A DNA stretch of 64,000 bases from assembly GCA_963575745.1 (NCBI GenBank), contig CAUYUJ010000002.1, positions 496,001 through 560,000 on the forward strand. Reading direction: 5' to 3'. Under the pieces are notes generated by a model, which ran no database searches, was not told where the DNA came from, and was given only the letters and a program-made list of their open reading frames with translations. Origin of the DNA: Prorocentrum cordatum (taxonomy: Eukaryota). Position 1 is the stretch's first letter. Every line of letters begins with the position of its first letter. Positions 36,331 to 49,865 of the stretch are shown piece by piece. Made by a program: the position numbers and the translations under genes.

Positions 36331-36670
36331 GGCGCCCGCCCTTTTGTCCTCCCTCCGACTCCCTCCACCACCCCCCTCCCTTTCCTTCCGCTGCTCCCGT
36401 GCCCCACGCGGCGCATGGTAGCACCAGCTCGGCTGGCTCCGCCGGGGGCACCCCTGCTCCCAGGATCGCGCGGGGGTCAGGGGGATAGGCGGACCACACC
36501 GCGTGGTGGGGCAGTGGGTATCCGGGGTCATCACGCGGTCTTGGGACCCGGGTCGTTCTCCGAGGACATCTCAGGCGATTGGGGCCTCCGAGGCCCCCAA
36601 ACCGACAACGATGGCTGATCGATGGCGATGGCGATGCTGATGATGATTCTGATGATGATGATGATGATGC

Positions 36671-36705
<35 letters not shown>

Positions 36706-37684
36706 GTGGTGATGATCTTAGTTTGTCTTGGAAGCGCCCTGGGCGTCTCTTTATAGTTTCCAGCTTTTGTATCTTGTGAGCCAAAAGTGGGCACCTGGAA
36801 ACGATTAAGAACGGACCCTGGAAACTATCAAACAACGTTTCCGCGCGATCAGATGGAAACCATTTTAAACTGAGTCGGCGCAGGCTTGAAACGGTAAGGG
36901 AACGGCCCCCTGGAAACTATAAGATAACGGGTTGGTGAACAAGCGACACAAAACGAGAGTGCCGATGATAATGAATACGGGGCGGGAGGCGCAGCGGGCA
37001 TCCGCAGCAGCGAGCAGTGGCAGCAGGCAGCAGCAACAGGCAGTAGCAGCACCAGACAGCATAGGAGGAAGGTGGCGGCTGCAAGGGGCAAGAGGTGCAA
37101 CAGAGAAGCTGTTTGAGAAGAGTGTCGAGCTCTTATCGTGCGTTACCTGTCAGTCGCTGTCCGACCCACCGGAGTGGGGGGTTGGAAACGCGTTGAGAAC
37201 GTATTGGAAACGTATTTGAAACGGTCTCAACCAGGCAATTTCGACCTTTTGGTCAGGGGAAGCGGAAACATTGAAGATGTCGCCGCCGCCGCTGTGGCCG
37301 CCGTTTCGACGCCGACGCCGCTCTCATGACACCGACGATGGCTCCGGCTCTGACGCGCACGGAATCGGACAGCGATTGACAGGCAGCGCGCGAGAAGAGC
37401 TCAGAGAAGCTTTTCGGAGAGAGCGTGTCGTGCGTTGCCTGTCGATACCGGATACAACACAGCACGTTGCGAGGCAGATGTGGAAACGATGAAAACATGG
37501 AGTTGGAGATTAAAAAACAGAAACACACATCCTTTGCATTGACGTTGGGAAAGATCAAAAAGCGCATCGCCGCGGAGACCTGGAAACGAAAAGAAAAGCA
37601 GGAGCCAGAAACTATTGAAAAACGTGCTTTTGAATGAAGGCTGGAAGCTGCAAAACAAATCCCAGGACGTTGTCAAGAAACACT

Positions 37685-38318
37685 AAGGTGATGACGATGC
37701 TGATGATGATGATAACGATGCTGATGATGGTGGTGATGCTGGTGATGGTGATGATGATGGTGATGGTGATGGTGAGTGAATAGGATGGTGGTGGTGATGA
37801 TGATGTTGATGGTGGTTGTGAGGGTGATGATGATAGTGATGATGATACTGATGCTGATGGTCAAGGTGACGTTGGTGACGACAATGTTGATGCTGATGCT
37901 GATGGTCAAGGTGATGGTGTTGTTGGTAGTGGAGATGATGGTGATGGTGATGATGATGGTGGTGATGATGATGCGGCTGCTGGCAATGAGGGTGTTCATG
38001 ATGATGCTGCTGATGATCATTACGATGATGAGGCTGATACCGATGATGAGGCTGCTGCTGACATAATGCTGACGAGTATGATGACGATGGGTTTGACGAC
38101 GATGGTGATGCGGCTGCTGATGATGATATTGATGTTGATGCTGCTGACGACGATGATGATGGTGGTGATGATGCTGTTGCTGATGATGCTGATGCTGAGG
38201 CTGTTGCTGCTGACGTGGATGATAAGTATGATGATGTCGTTGTTGATGATGACGACGGTGATGAGTATGATGTTGTTGATGAGGATGCAGAGGATAAGTC
38301 TGTTTATAATGCTGCTGT

Positions 38319-38353
<35 letters not shown>

Positions 38354-39340
38354 CGATGGTAATGATGATGCTAATGCGGATGGTAATGCTGACGACAACG
38401 ATGACGATGATTATGCTGTTGCTAGTGATGGCGTTGATATTGATGCGATTGCTTATGCTCGCAATGATGATGTTGCTGTCGACTATGATGATGATGCTGC
38501 TGATGCTGATGATGACGATGACGATGCTGATGATGATGATCATCGTCATCATCGTTACTATGCTGATGATGACGGTGAAGGTGATATTGATGTTGATGCT
38601 GATGATGCTGGTGAACATGTTGATGTGGATGCGGTTGTTGACCATGGTGACGATTCTGATGCTCCTGCCGCTGATGAGGATGACGCTGATGCTGATGCTG
38701 ATGCTGATGCTGTTGGTGTCGCTGCTGTTGACGATGATGATGGTCCTGCTGCTGATGATGACGACGATGATAATGATGATGATGCTGATGCTGATGCTGA
38801 TGCTGTTGTTGCTGCTGCTGACGATGATGATAACGATGATGGTGATGATGCTGTTGATGATGATGGAGATGCTACTAATGATGATGCCTCTGTAGTTGCT
38901 GCTGGTGGACATGATGATGATGATGGTGATGATGATGATGATGATGACGATGATCATGATGCTGCGGCTGCTGATGCTGCTGACGGTGCTGACGGTGTTG
39001 TTGCTGATGATGGTGATGATGTTGATGTTGATGTGGGTGTTGATGTTGATGATATTGCTGCTGATGATAGTACGTATGATGATCAGGGTGGTGATGCTGA
39101 TGATACTGATGGAGGTGGTGATGGTCGTGATGATAACCATAATGATGGTGACCATGATGGTGACGACGATCGTGACGGTGATGGTGATGGTGATGGTGAT
39201 GGCGATGGTGATGATGGTGATGCTGATGGTGATGATGGTAATGCTGATGCGAATGTTGATGCTGATACTGCTGATGATGATGATGATGATGATGTTGATG
39301 ATCAAGATGATGATGGTGATGATGATGATGATGCTGCTGC

Positions 39341-39377
<37 letters not shown>

Positions 39378-39378
39378 C
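37685..39378. repeat. Degenerate (GAT)n array
   Basis: Seen directly. Confidence 0.95.
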
Positions 39379-39420
39379 CGCTGCTGCCGCCTTTGTCGCT
39401 CGCCCCCCGCGGCCCCATAG

Positions 39421-42400
39421 GGTCGAGCCTGGCCGTCCGCAACGCCCACCCGCCGTGGGATCCTCGCCTCGGTCGCCGTCTTGGCCCGAGCCGCCGCCGC
39501 CGCCCGGACCGCCGGGCGCCGGCGCGCTGTGCAGGCGCCGTTCTTGCGCCGCGCTTCGGGCGCGATGTCCGGCTCAAGGCACCTCCACCTCCTCATAACG
39601 AGGGGCAGGAGGAGAAGGAGGAGGAGAAGGAGCACGGGGAGGGGGAGGAGGAGGAGGAGGAGGAGGAGGAGGAGGAGGAGGAGAAGGTGGACCAGGAGGA
39701 CGAGGAGGAGGAGGAGGAGGAGGACAAGGAGGAGATGGAGGATGAGATGGCGGGGCGTGCTCCTCGCCCTTGTCCTCGTCATCCTCCTTATCCTCCTAGT
39801 CGTCGTCCTGTGTTGTCCCCATCCTTCCCATCGTCGCCCTCGTCTTCGCCATCGCCCTCCTCGTCCTTTTTGCCATCCTCCGCATCCTCTGCGTCGTCCT
39901 CGTCGTCCTTGTCGTCCCCGTTACCCTGGTCGTCGCTCTCGCCCTCGCCCTCGTGGCCGCCCGCCCCCAAGCATTTGTCGTCGTTGTCGCCCGCGTTGTC
40001 GCCCTGTCTTCCTCGTCCCCGTCCTCCCCGATACCGACCTCGACCTCGTGCTGTTCCTCCCAGCCCCCCTCGTTCTCGTTTTCTTGTTTTACCGAAGCCT
40101 TCCTTTCAGCGCGTGACGGTCCCTCGCGTGCAGCTTGCCGCGAGAGGGACGCACCAGCAGGATAATGTTGTTGCTTCTTGAGGGGGCGATCATCTCGTCT
40201 TCATCCTTGACCTCGACGTCCTGTGCGTGCCTGATCCCAGGTCTCCTAAGATCTCGTGCCCTCCCTCCTCCGTCTCCGACCTCGTCCCCCATCGCCTCCT
40301 TCTGGCGGCCAACGTCGCTCTCCTCCTCGTGCTCGCCTCCGTCCTCCTCGCCTCCGTCCTCCGTGGCCTTCTCCTCGTGCGTTCCTCGCCCCTCGCCCGC
40401 GTCGTCCTCATCCTCCCAGGCTCGGGCAGCACAAGGTCTGGGGCGAGCCCGAGGTTCTGAGCTGCTACAGCTCCAGCGGCACTGGGACCCCCATCCCCGG
40501 CGGCCCGGGACCGCGGATCCCGGGGGAGGTGGAGGGAGGAGGAGGAGGAAGGGGGGAGGGAGGGAGGGAGGAGGAGGGAGGCGGGAGGGAGGAGGAGGAG
40601 GAGGAGGCGGAGGAGGAGGAGGAGGAGGCGGAGGAGGAGGAGGAGAAGGCATTCATCGGTTCCAGCCGAGGATCACCAACATGCAACGGCGTGATTACGA
40701 ACTGTCGGAGGCCCGCGCGGATGTTCCTCGGGTCGCTGTCTGGGCTCCCCCGTGGCCCTGGCGGCGCCTCCAGGGCCCCCCCTGGCGCCCTCTCCGCACC
40801 TCCAGGGGCGGGGGGGGGGGCCCAGGCCTGGCCCCAGAAGCCTGCACGGGCCTCGGCAGGGTTCTGTTTCCGCTGCCTGCCTTCTTCTGTCCAGGAGGGA
40901 GGGGATGGGAGGGGATCAGGAGAGTGTGATGGTCGGTATCGTTTAACCAATCCCCATCGCCATCCCCATCCCCTTCGAGACCCCCACCAAATCACCACCC
41001 CAGTTGGGGATACACCCCTCGAAACTCGAAGGGAACGGCATACGTATATCCCCATTTAGGGGGGTGAATCGGCCAGTGGGGCCCAGGCCACGCCGCCAGG
41101 GATGGGGATCGGATAAACGATGCTCAGATGGCGAGGAGGGGGTGGCGAGGCGAAGGAACGAACAGGAGGACGAGCGGGAAGGCGGGGACGAGAGGTGGGG
41201 TGCCCGAGTGGAAGGATGGAAGTACAGGTGGGGAGTGAGAGTGGTGACAACGGTCGGAATGGTAAGGAGGATGTTCATAAGGGAACGGGGAGGGGGAGGA
41301 GGAGGAGAAGGAAGAGGAGGAGGAAGGAGAAGAGGAGGAAAAGGGGAAGGAGGGGGAGAAGGGGTGAGGAAGGAGGAGGGGAGGGAGGGGGAGGAGGAGG
41401 GGGGGAGGGGGGAAGGCAAGCTAGGTGCGCTCGCGTCATATCTGACATCCTACCCCTCCCTCCCATCCCTTACCATGGCGTCGGATGTCGAGCAGGGCAA
41501 TGATCCCGAAAGGATACGCGATGCATTGTAGAGCACGGCATGGCATGGCGTAGAAGAGCACCGCAAAGCGTAGCATCAACCTGGCATTGCATTGCATGCC
41601 GTGGCATGGTACGGGAAATGACGCCAGCGCTGCAGCGGGAGCACGAGCCGGAACGAGCGGAAGCGCGGAAATGAGGCCAGCGCTGCAGCGGGAGCACGAT
41701 TCGGAACGAGCAGGGCCCGAAAATGAGGCCGGCGCCTCAGCGAGAGCAGCATTTTGGAAATATGCAGGCGAAAACCCAACTCCGGGGAATCCTGTGTGTA
41801 CAGTGTAAATAAAACAGTACGCGGGGGGGCTAACACTCTCAAGCCGTCATCAGGGGAAGAGGGAGAGTAGTATTCATATTGAGTAATTGTGGAGGCGAAG
41901 GGGGAGGGGACGGGGGGGAGGAGGGGAGGGAGGGAGGGAGGGAGGAGTAGGAGTTGGAGGAAGAGGCGGAGGAGGAGGAGGAGGAGGAGGAGGAGGTATA
42001 ATGAGGAGGAGGGCTCGAGGAGGGCGGGAGGGAGGGCGGGGTGGGGAGGGAGGGTGGGAGAGCGGGGGGAAGCACATGATGATCAGGAGGAGCAGCATGA
42101 TGAGCAGGCGTAGCTGTAAGAGCAGGCGAACCAGGGGGAGGAGGACGGTCAAGCGGAGTGGGACGAAGCACCACAACACCAGTAGGAGCGATATTGACAG
42201 CACAGGCCAACGCGTCTACAGGGGAAGGGGGAGGAAGGGGAGGAGGATGAGCAGGACGGGGAATAGGACAAGGAGGACTGAGGTAATGCAGAGGACCAGA
42301 AGCAGCAGGATCAGCAGCGGTGTAGCAGCATCAGCAGCAGCAGCAGCAGCAGCAGCCAGAGTAGTAATCTCTCCGAGTGTAATATACATGAGCACGAGAA

Positions 42401-42709
42401 GGAGGACCAGAGGAATGATACGAAGGGTGGCAATAGGCATGATGTCAGGGACGATGATCGTGATGATGGTGATCACGATGTTGCTAATGAAGGTGGTCAT
42501 GCTAATACTGAGTACGATAGAGATGATGGCGATGATGACTACGACGACTGCGACACCGCCGGCGACGAAACTGATGATGGTAATGTTGAGTCTGGCGTTG
42601 ATCAGGGGCATATGCACTGTTATGGTGGTGATGGCAAAGATGATGATGGAGATGGTGATGATGACGGTGGCTGTGATGATGATGATGATGATGATGGTGA
42701 TGATGATGT

Positions 42710-42744
<35 letters not shown>

Positions 42745-43021
42745 TTGATGATGATGATGATGATGATAGTGATGATGCTGATGATGATGATAACGATGAT
42801 GATGCTGATGATGATGATGATAATAGTGGTTATGATAACGATGGCGATGATGATGGAACGAGTGATGATGATGGTGATGATGATGATGATGCTGGTTATT
42901 GTGATGGTGATGGTGATGGTTGTGGTGATGGTGATGATGATGGTGGTAATGGTGACGGTGATGGTGATGATTGTGGTGATGGTGATGGTGATATGGATGA
43001 TGATGATGAGGATAATTAGGG

Positions 43022-43085
<64 letters not shown>

Positions 43086-46000
43086 AAGGAAGATGCTGAC
43101 GATGAGGAGGAAGATAATTGGGTGGAGGATGAGGATGGTACTGATGATGATGATGGTGAGGATACGGATGATGATGGTGATGTTGATGATGGAGATGGAG
43201 ATGTGGATGATGATGATGATGATGATGATGAGGATGATGAGGATGGGGGTGAGGATGATGATGATGATGATGACGCTGATGATGACGGTGATGATTATGG
43301 TGATGTTGATAAGGTTGCTGCTGATGCTGATGATGCTGCTGCTGATGCTGATGCTGATACTGATGATGATGTTGATGATCACGATGTTGGTGGTGATGCT
43401 GACGATGGTGATGTTGATGATGATGACGATGATGATGATGATGCTGATAATGATGCTGCTGCTGATGATTGTGGTGATGCAGAGGAGGAGGAGGAGGATC
43501 AGGATCTGGATCAGGATGATAATTCGGACCATGACATCATGACGACGACGTCGCCGACGACGATGATGATGCTGATGATGATGCTGATGATGATGATGTT
43601 GATGATGACGATTGTGCTGCTGCTGATGATGATGATGATGATGATAAACATAATGACGAGCAGGGGAGGGTGGAGTTCTTCGCCTGGGATCCGCCCTCCG
43701 GGCCGCCGGCCAGCGGCGGACAGGGCAGCAGCAAGAACGGTGGGACCAAGGATCCTTCCTCCTGGACCTCCTTGTCGTCCTCGTCCGCCTCGTCGTCCTT
43801 CTTTCTCGTCGTCCTTCTCCTCTTCCCTTCCCTCCTCCTGCCCCTCCTCCCCCATCCTCCTCCTGCCCCTCCTCCTCCTGCCCCTCTTCCTCCTCCCCCT
43901 CCTCCTCCTCCTCCTCCTCCTCCTCCTCCTCCTCCTCCTCCTCCTCCTCCTCCTCCTCTTGGCTCCCTCTCCTCCTCGTCTTCCTCCCCGCCCCTTCCCT
44001 GCCGCCCTCCACGCCTTGCCTTGCCTCCCCGCCCCCTCTCCGCGAAGGAGCGCAGGTTCCCACAAGAGCTCCAGCAGTACCTGCGGTCCAGCGTGGCCAA
44101 GGCCCGCCCCGGGGGGGAGGTCCCCCTCGCCGCCTCGGCACCGCGCGTCGCCTGGAGCGGCGCGTCTCGCGAGCGTTGCCCTCTGCACCGCCGAGCCCAG
44201 ACAGACCGGCGTCGCGAACAAATCGAGGCGGTTCTTGCTTGATCATGGTGTTCGGCCTCGCGGGGGCCCTTCCGGGCCTCGGGGCCGTGGACAAAAATGG
44301 CTCGGAGGGGAGGAGCGGAGGGGGGTTGCAGGAGGAGAGGAGCAGGAGTAGGAGCAGGAGCAGTAGCAGGAGCTTCATCATGGTGTTCGGCCTCGCGGGG
44401 GCCCTTCCCGGCCTCGGGGCCGTGAACACGAGTTTTGGAGTCCCGAAGCGGTGCGGTGACACACCGTGCGGTGACCTCGGAACCCCAAGAGACCTCACCG
44501 CACGGTCCGTCGCCGCACGGTTTTGGGACCTCGGAGGCCCCAGTCGCCCGTGATGTCCTCGGAGAACGACCCGAGTCCCAAAACCGTGCGGTGACCCCGA
44601 ATCCCCACCGACTCACCGCAGGGTGTAGTTCACCCCCCAGTTTGGGGGCCCCCGAAGAATGGCTCGGGATGAGGAACCGGTCCTGGGGGTGTGGTCGAGG
44701 GTCGACGGGTCGAGGGCCCGTGTCTCCAGGCCGCCCAGATGGGGTCGAAGGAGACGTGATGGGCCTGTTTTCCACCACCACCATAAGATGGAGGGGGAAG
44801 GAGGAGGAGGAGGAGGAGGACCCCCTCCCCCTCAAACCTATGGTGGTGGTGGAAAACAGGCTCATCAAGACGGGGTCGAAAGAACGCGCCGCATCGCCGA
44901 TGCATGGCCGATGCGGCTCGATGTGGAGCCCGATATTCTCCACGTCGACGTCGCCGATGCATTGCCGACGCATCGGCGATACATCGTCGATGTGGTGCAT
45001 TCCTCCGGCCCCAGTTGCTCGATCCCATCTAACCGCTACAGGTCCGTAGCGTTGGTCCCCCCAGAATCTATCGCCGGTGAATAGGACTGGTCCTAAAACC
45101 TCCTCTTCCTCCTTGTCTTCTTCTTTCCTCCTCCATCCTTGTTGTTGCGCGGCGGGTGCCGCGTTAAAAAACCAGAAGTTACCCCCCATTTGTGGGTCCC
45201 CAATAATTCCATAAGGCCGCCGAGAAAGTCATTCGCTACCCCCCCATAGGGGGGGTCGAAAGACCTTTCAGGGTTAGGACGCCTTTATCGATGATCCTCA
45301 GGACATGGGCTAGCCCAATGTGCGTGCGTGCGTGTGTGTGTGTGTGTGTGTTGCCCAGTTCAGCTCTCCACCGACAGCACGACGCCTGCGCAGGCCTCCA
45401 GAGCCCGTCGCGGGAGGAGTCGTTACGATCATTCCCTCCGCCTTTCTCTTGAGCATCATTTCGCGCGCCGTTGCGCACGTTTGGCTCAAGCTGTTGTGAG
45501 GATACAGTCGGGCCGCTGAAGAAGGAACCCTTTTCGTTGGGGAGGGGTTCAGTGTTCCTTAATCGTCTTCGATTTGTTCTTACGTTTCCTTGGGAAGTTC
45601 AACGTATGGGAAAAAGGTGCCTCGTTCCTTTTTTAGGGTTCCTTATGCTAGCATGTAGGCTGTAAGTTGATCGGGCGTGGCCGCGCCTGGGCAAGAAAAG
45701 ATAAGCTCGTCATCATCAGCGTGCATGCATCACATACGTTCTTACTTTGCTTACCGGACAGTCATCGCCATGTCGCAAAATATCGTCAAGGAGCCATCCA
45801 TCGACAAGATCCCCGTGAAGAGATCCCATGAGTTAGGAGAGGAGAGCAAGGATCGCGCTCGATCGTCGGATAATGCTAACTACCTGACGAAGTATTGGGA
45901 TAGAGGAGGGGGAGAGAAGGGGTGCCACAAGCTCCCCAGCCCACCGCAACTCCTCTTCCTCCACCTCCTCATGCCGGGTAGGGTCGAGTGTGTTGTGCAG

Positions 46001-47072
46001 GCTCCGTTCGGATTCGCCGTCCCCCCCTCTCTCTCTATATCCCGTTCTCTGCTTCTCCTTCCCCTGGCGTCTACGCGCATGCGTGCGCTGACAGAGCTGT
46101 CGCGTTGAGCGGATTCCGCGCTCCATCCGGCAAGCACCATCGCGAACCAAATTTGCAGTAGCCTCTGTCTCTTGCCTTGTTCTTTGTTGCGCCAGTTCGT
46201 GGACCATTTGGGTTGTGAGCCCGTTGGCCGTCCGCGGGATTTTTGCATCGCCCTCGTTCCCTCTCTCCCTGTTTCTGTCTCTCTCTCTCTATATCTGTCC
46301 CCCGCCTGTGTTCGCGAGGACCTCTGGTGCGGGCACCGTCCATATGAGCCAATCTACCCACCCGCCAGATTGCCGAGTCTGTGGTTGCCTGTTCTTCCCC
46401 CCTCCTCCCTTCCCCGCCTGTTCTTGCTCTCGCGTATCCGCCTGCATCTTGCATCACAGCCGGATGCTAACACGCTTTTTTCAGTAATGCTTCCAACACT
46501 CCGGACAGTTGTTCGGGTTTGCCATATCTGGCGGGTTGGTCGTTGCTCTTGCCTGCAGTTCCTGCATATGCAGAGGTGGCACGCGGAGCAACGGTGGCAC
46601 GAGTCTGGGTCTATTACTGGTTTTCGGAGCCACGATTTTGAACCCCGTTCGGGGTGCTTTCACTGCGTGTTTGCCCCCAGGTCTGTTCACCTATTGTTTG
46701 CCCCCACGTGTGTAACGCATGTTATTAGCGTGCGGCAGGCTGGGCCAGCTGGAAGTTTCATCATTGTGTCCGCCCCCATCCTCTCCCTCCAGCAACAATC
46801 ATGCCGCGATGCCATGCGCCATCTGCCGCGCTGGCCACGTCTGCGCTTTCACGCAGCACTCTGTTGACCGGCTTGTTGAGACTGAAGGCGTTGTGCGGGT
46901 TGATCTGTTTGTGTGCGCAAAGGTGGATATTTCGCCGTGCCAGCATCCAAGGTCTCGACACATTGAACCGGTGATTGCAAGCCATCACGGGGGAAACAGT
47001 GTGTGTGTGTGTGTTTGCAGGGTGAGTGTCACCTCCTCCTCCTCCTCGTGCCTGCTTCCTCATTATGCCTGC

Positions 47073-47108
<36 letters not shown>

Positions 47109-47649
47109 CTCCCCCAGGCCTGCTTTATCCATCCTGCTCATTCCGTCCTCCTCCCGGCCCTCCTCATTCATCCCTCCTCCTCCTCCTCTTCCTCCTCCTC
47201 CTCCTCCTTCTCCTCCTCCTCCTCCTCCCCCTCCTCGTCTTCCTCCCTCGCGGAGCACGAGGATGGGAGGAGGAGGAGGAGGAGAAGGAGGAGGAGGAGG
47301 ATGAGACGAGGAGGACGACGCCTGCATCGAGAACTACGGCGAAGACATTGACGTCAACGACGTCGACTCTTCCTCCCCCTCCTCGTCCTCCTGCTTCGAG
47401 GAGGACGGGGAGGGGGAGGAGGACGAGGAGGTCGACGGCTTCGTCGAGAACGACGGCGAAGACGTTCACGCCAACGACGACGACGGCGACGAGCCGGAGC
47501 CTCGCGAGGTGGCCGCCGACGACAATTCGGAGGAGAGCTCTGGCAAGGACAAGGGCCGCCTCCTGGTGCCCGGCAGCTCCTCGGCGGGCCCGTCGGGCCC
47601 AGGCCTTCCGAGCGAAGAAGAAAAAACGGCATGCAGTCGAGTTTGATTA
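39421..47649 (+). CDS. Scattered candidate exons of one or more unknown genes (39421-39471, 39535-39578, from about 40420, 40649-40710, about 43664-43750, 44056-44101, about 45770-45903, about 47490-47649)
   Basis: Short non-repetitive GC3-rich islands bounded by AG|G acceptors and AG|GC/GA donors, e.g. GAVLAPRFGRDVRLK, IHRFQPRITNMQRRDYELSE, GRVEFFAWDPPSG and FPQELQQYLRSSVAK. The full chain is not resolved. Confidence 0.35.
40938..41121. mobile_element. MITE family C; second (left-truncated) copy at about 53385-53548
   Basis: atcgtttaaccaatccccatc / gatggggatcggataaacgat, with a shared interior cagttggggat..cccctcgaaa. Confidence 0.75.
41412..41810 (+). repeat. Dispersed repeat (same family as 35780-36330 and 8430-8490)
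   Basis: Reverse-complement similarity to the copy at 35780-36330. Confidence 0.75.
42440..43655. repeat. Degenerate (GAT)n array
   Basis: Seen directly. Confidence 0.95.
44757..44867. mobile_element. MITE family D (TIR tgatgggcctgttttccaccaccaccataag, (GGA)n interior); second copy at 58086-58258
   Basis: Inverted arms are seen at both loci; the interior length differs by GGA expansion. Confidence 0.8.
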
Positions 47650-47650
47650 G

Positions 47651-47849
47651 TATCGGGGGCGGCCAAGAGGGGGATAATGACTAGGAGGGGGTGGATATCA
47701 TGGCGGGGGCCATGATATCTCCCCAGATTTCATGGCGCCTGTTCTTATTTCAATTTGCCCACGGCCCCCCCCCTGGGCCGCGCACATGCCGCCGGCCATG
47801 ATTTGCGCCCCCCCCCTCTTGGACGCCCCCCTCTTGGCCGCCCCCGATA
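47651..47849. mobile_element. MITE with a perfect 22-bp inverted repeat including terminal TA
   Basis: tatcgggggcggccaagagggg / cccctcttggccgcccccgata. Confidence 0.8.
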
Positions 47850-49821
47850 GTAGGTCGACCCTGCCCAAACAAGGGTATCCTTGTGTCCTGCGTTTCGCGA
47901 CCCATGCCCTCTGCGTTCCACTGGCAGTGTGGCCATCGGACGAGCCTCGTGTCCTCTCGCGTGTGCTCTCCAGTCCACCCCGACTGCACTCGACCAAATA
48001 TTTGCGACGCTCTGCGCAGTCGTCTTGGCTCTGCGACGGTCCCCCTGGCGGCGCCTCCGGCGCAGCCCCTGGCGCGCCTCGAACGCCACGGATAGGGGGG
48101 TCCAGCGCAGACCCGAGATGTTTGCGCGGATCGTCGAAAGGTTATGTTTATGCTTGAGCCAGGCTTGTCCCTCGACAGGAGGAACTCTTCCAAAATAGAC
48201 CAACAAATAGTGTTGGGACGATGTTTTTTTTTGACTATTTGGGGCTATTGTTGGAAATTGGTTGCGCATGTTTCATTTTTCGCCCAAAATCCCCCAGTAG
48301 GGGGACATGCCCGACCTAAGGCTATGTTTATGCAGTTCTTCTCCCTTTATTCAAGCGGAGCCATTGCCGCCGCCGCCGCCATCGCGGCCAGCGCTCTCGG
48401 ACCTCACTCGGCGGCGCGCTCCGGGGGGCAGGTGAGGAGGAGCAGGCCTCCTCAGAGGGCGGTGCGGCTATCCAGAAGGTCTCGGACTTTCTGAGAAGTG
48501 TTGTGCATCTCTGGGGGAGGTGTACCACATTTCTCAGAAGGCCCGAGGCCTTACGAGCCTTCTGAGAAGGCCCGCCCCCCCCTCTATTTTCCCCCTGGGC
48601 TCCCTGCTGAGTCTCCTCAGGTTTCCGAAGAACGTTCAGCCTCGGGATGCGCTCACGCATTGAAAGAATAATGGGCATATCGTTCTCTCTCTCTCTCTCT
48701 CTCTTTCTCTTTTCTCTCTATCTCTCTCTTTCTCTTTTCTCTCTATCTCTCTCTATATATGAAGATTACATATATATATATACAACTATACACATTTATA
48801 TATATATATAGTCCTCTTCCTATATGTTTACAAGCCTGGGAGGGTGTTTACAAGCCTGGGAGGGGGGAAAGAAACACCCCCCCACCAAAAAAAAAAGGAC
48901 TCCCGGGATCCGGGGTTTTGGGACCCTCCGGACGGGCCTCGAAGCGGCCCCCCGGGCCTCGCAGGGCGTTTTGTCAAGCCTGCCCAGCACACCTAGTGCG
49001 ATCAGGGGGGTCATCGGAGACGTCCCAAAGACCCCCAAGACAGCACAAGAGCGCTCCAAGAGTGACCGACGTGACCTCGAGATGGCCCAAGAGGCCTCCA
49101 GGACGGCCCCAAAGGCCTCAAAAAGCTTCCAAGAGCACTCCCCAGAAGGCCCCAAGAGGCAAACATCATTGATTTTCTGCGGGTTTTTTGGTGAATTTTG
49201 GGGTTCTCCTCTTCTCGTCTTCCCGACGCTCCAATACGGCAGTCTTCTGGGCGTCCGAAGCCGCCTGGGAGGCTCCAAAATCGCCCGACAACCATCCGAA
49301 CGGGCTTCCAGGCAGTCCAAGAGAGCCCCAAAACGGCACAACAGGGGTCAAAGATGGCCCTCAGAGAGCCCCATGGCGGCCCAAGACGGCCCCAAGAGAC
49401 CCTCCGAAGCATTCCAAATCGTGACCCGGTCGTTCAGGGCGACCGCAGTTGGAGGCAGGGTGGCCCGAGGAAGCCCCCAGAACCTCCAGAACACGTCCAG
49501 GAGGCCTCCAGAAGGCCTTAAGAGAGCCTGAAACTTTTGTGAGGCCCCCAGAGGCTCTCCGAGGAGGAGCCTCCGCAAAAAGAGCTGAGGAGGATGTGGA
49601 AAATGTGCAGGGTATGGCGAGAACGAGGAAAAGAAGCATGGAGGAAGGATAACGAATAACATCATGTTAGCGGCGATACTGGAAAAGGCAACAAGGAGTT
49701 ATCGCCAAATTGTCGGCTTGACCTTTCCTGCCATTCCGTCTGCATACCAAATTTCAAGGACCAAGGTGCATGGCGCGAAGCGCCACTGCAGTCTTGTATA
49801 TATATATATATATATATACTC

Positions 49822-49865
<44 letters not shown>

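Noticed and set aside
36773..36790. Minus-strand SL relic (ccacttttggctcacaag)
   Set aside because: It needs two insertions, and no coding context follows it.
37673..44498. Several 200-760 aa poly-M/I/D ORFs
   Set aside because: Artefacts of degenerate (GAT)n and (GGA)n arrays.
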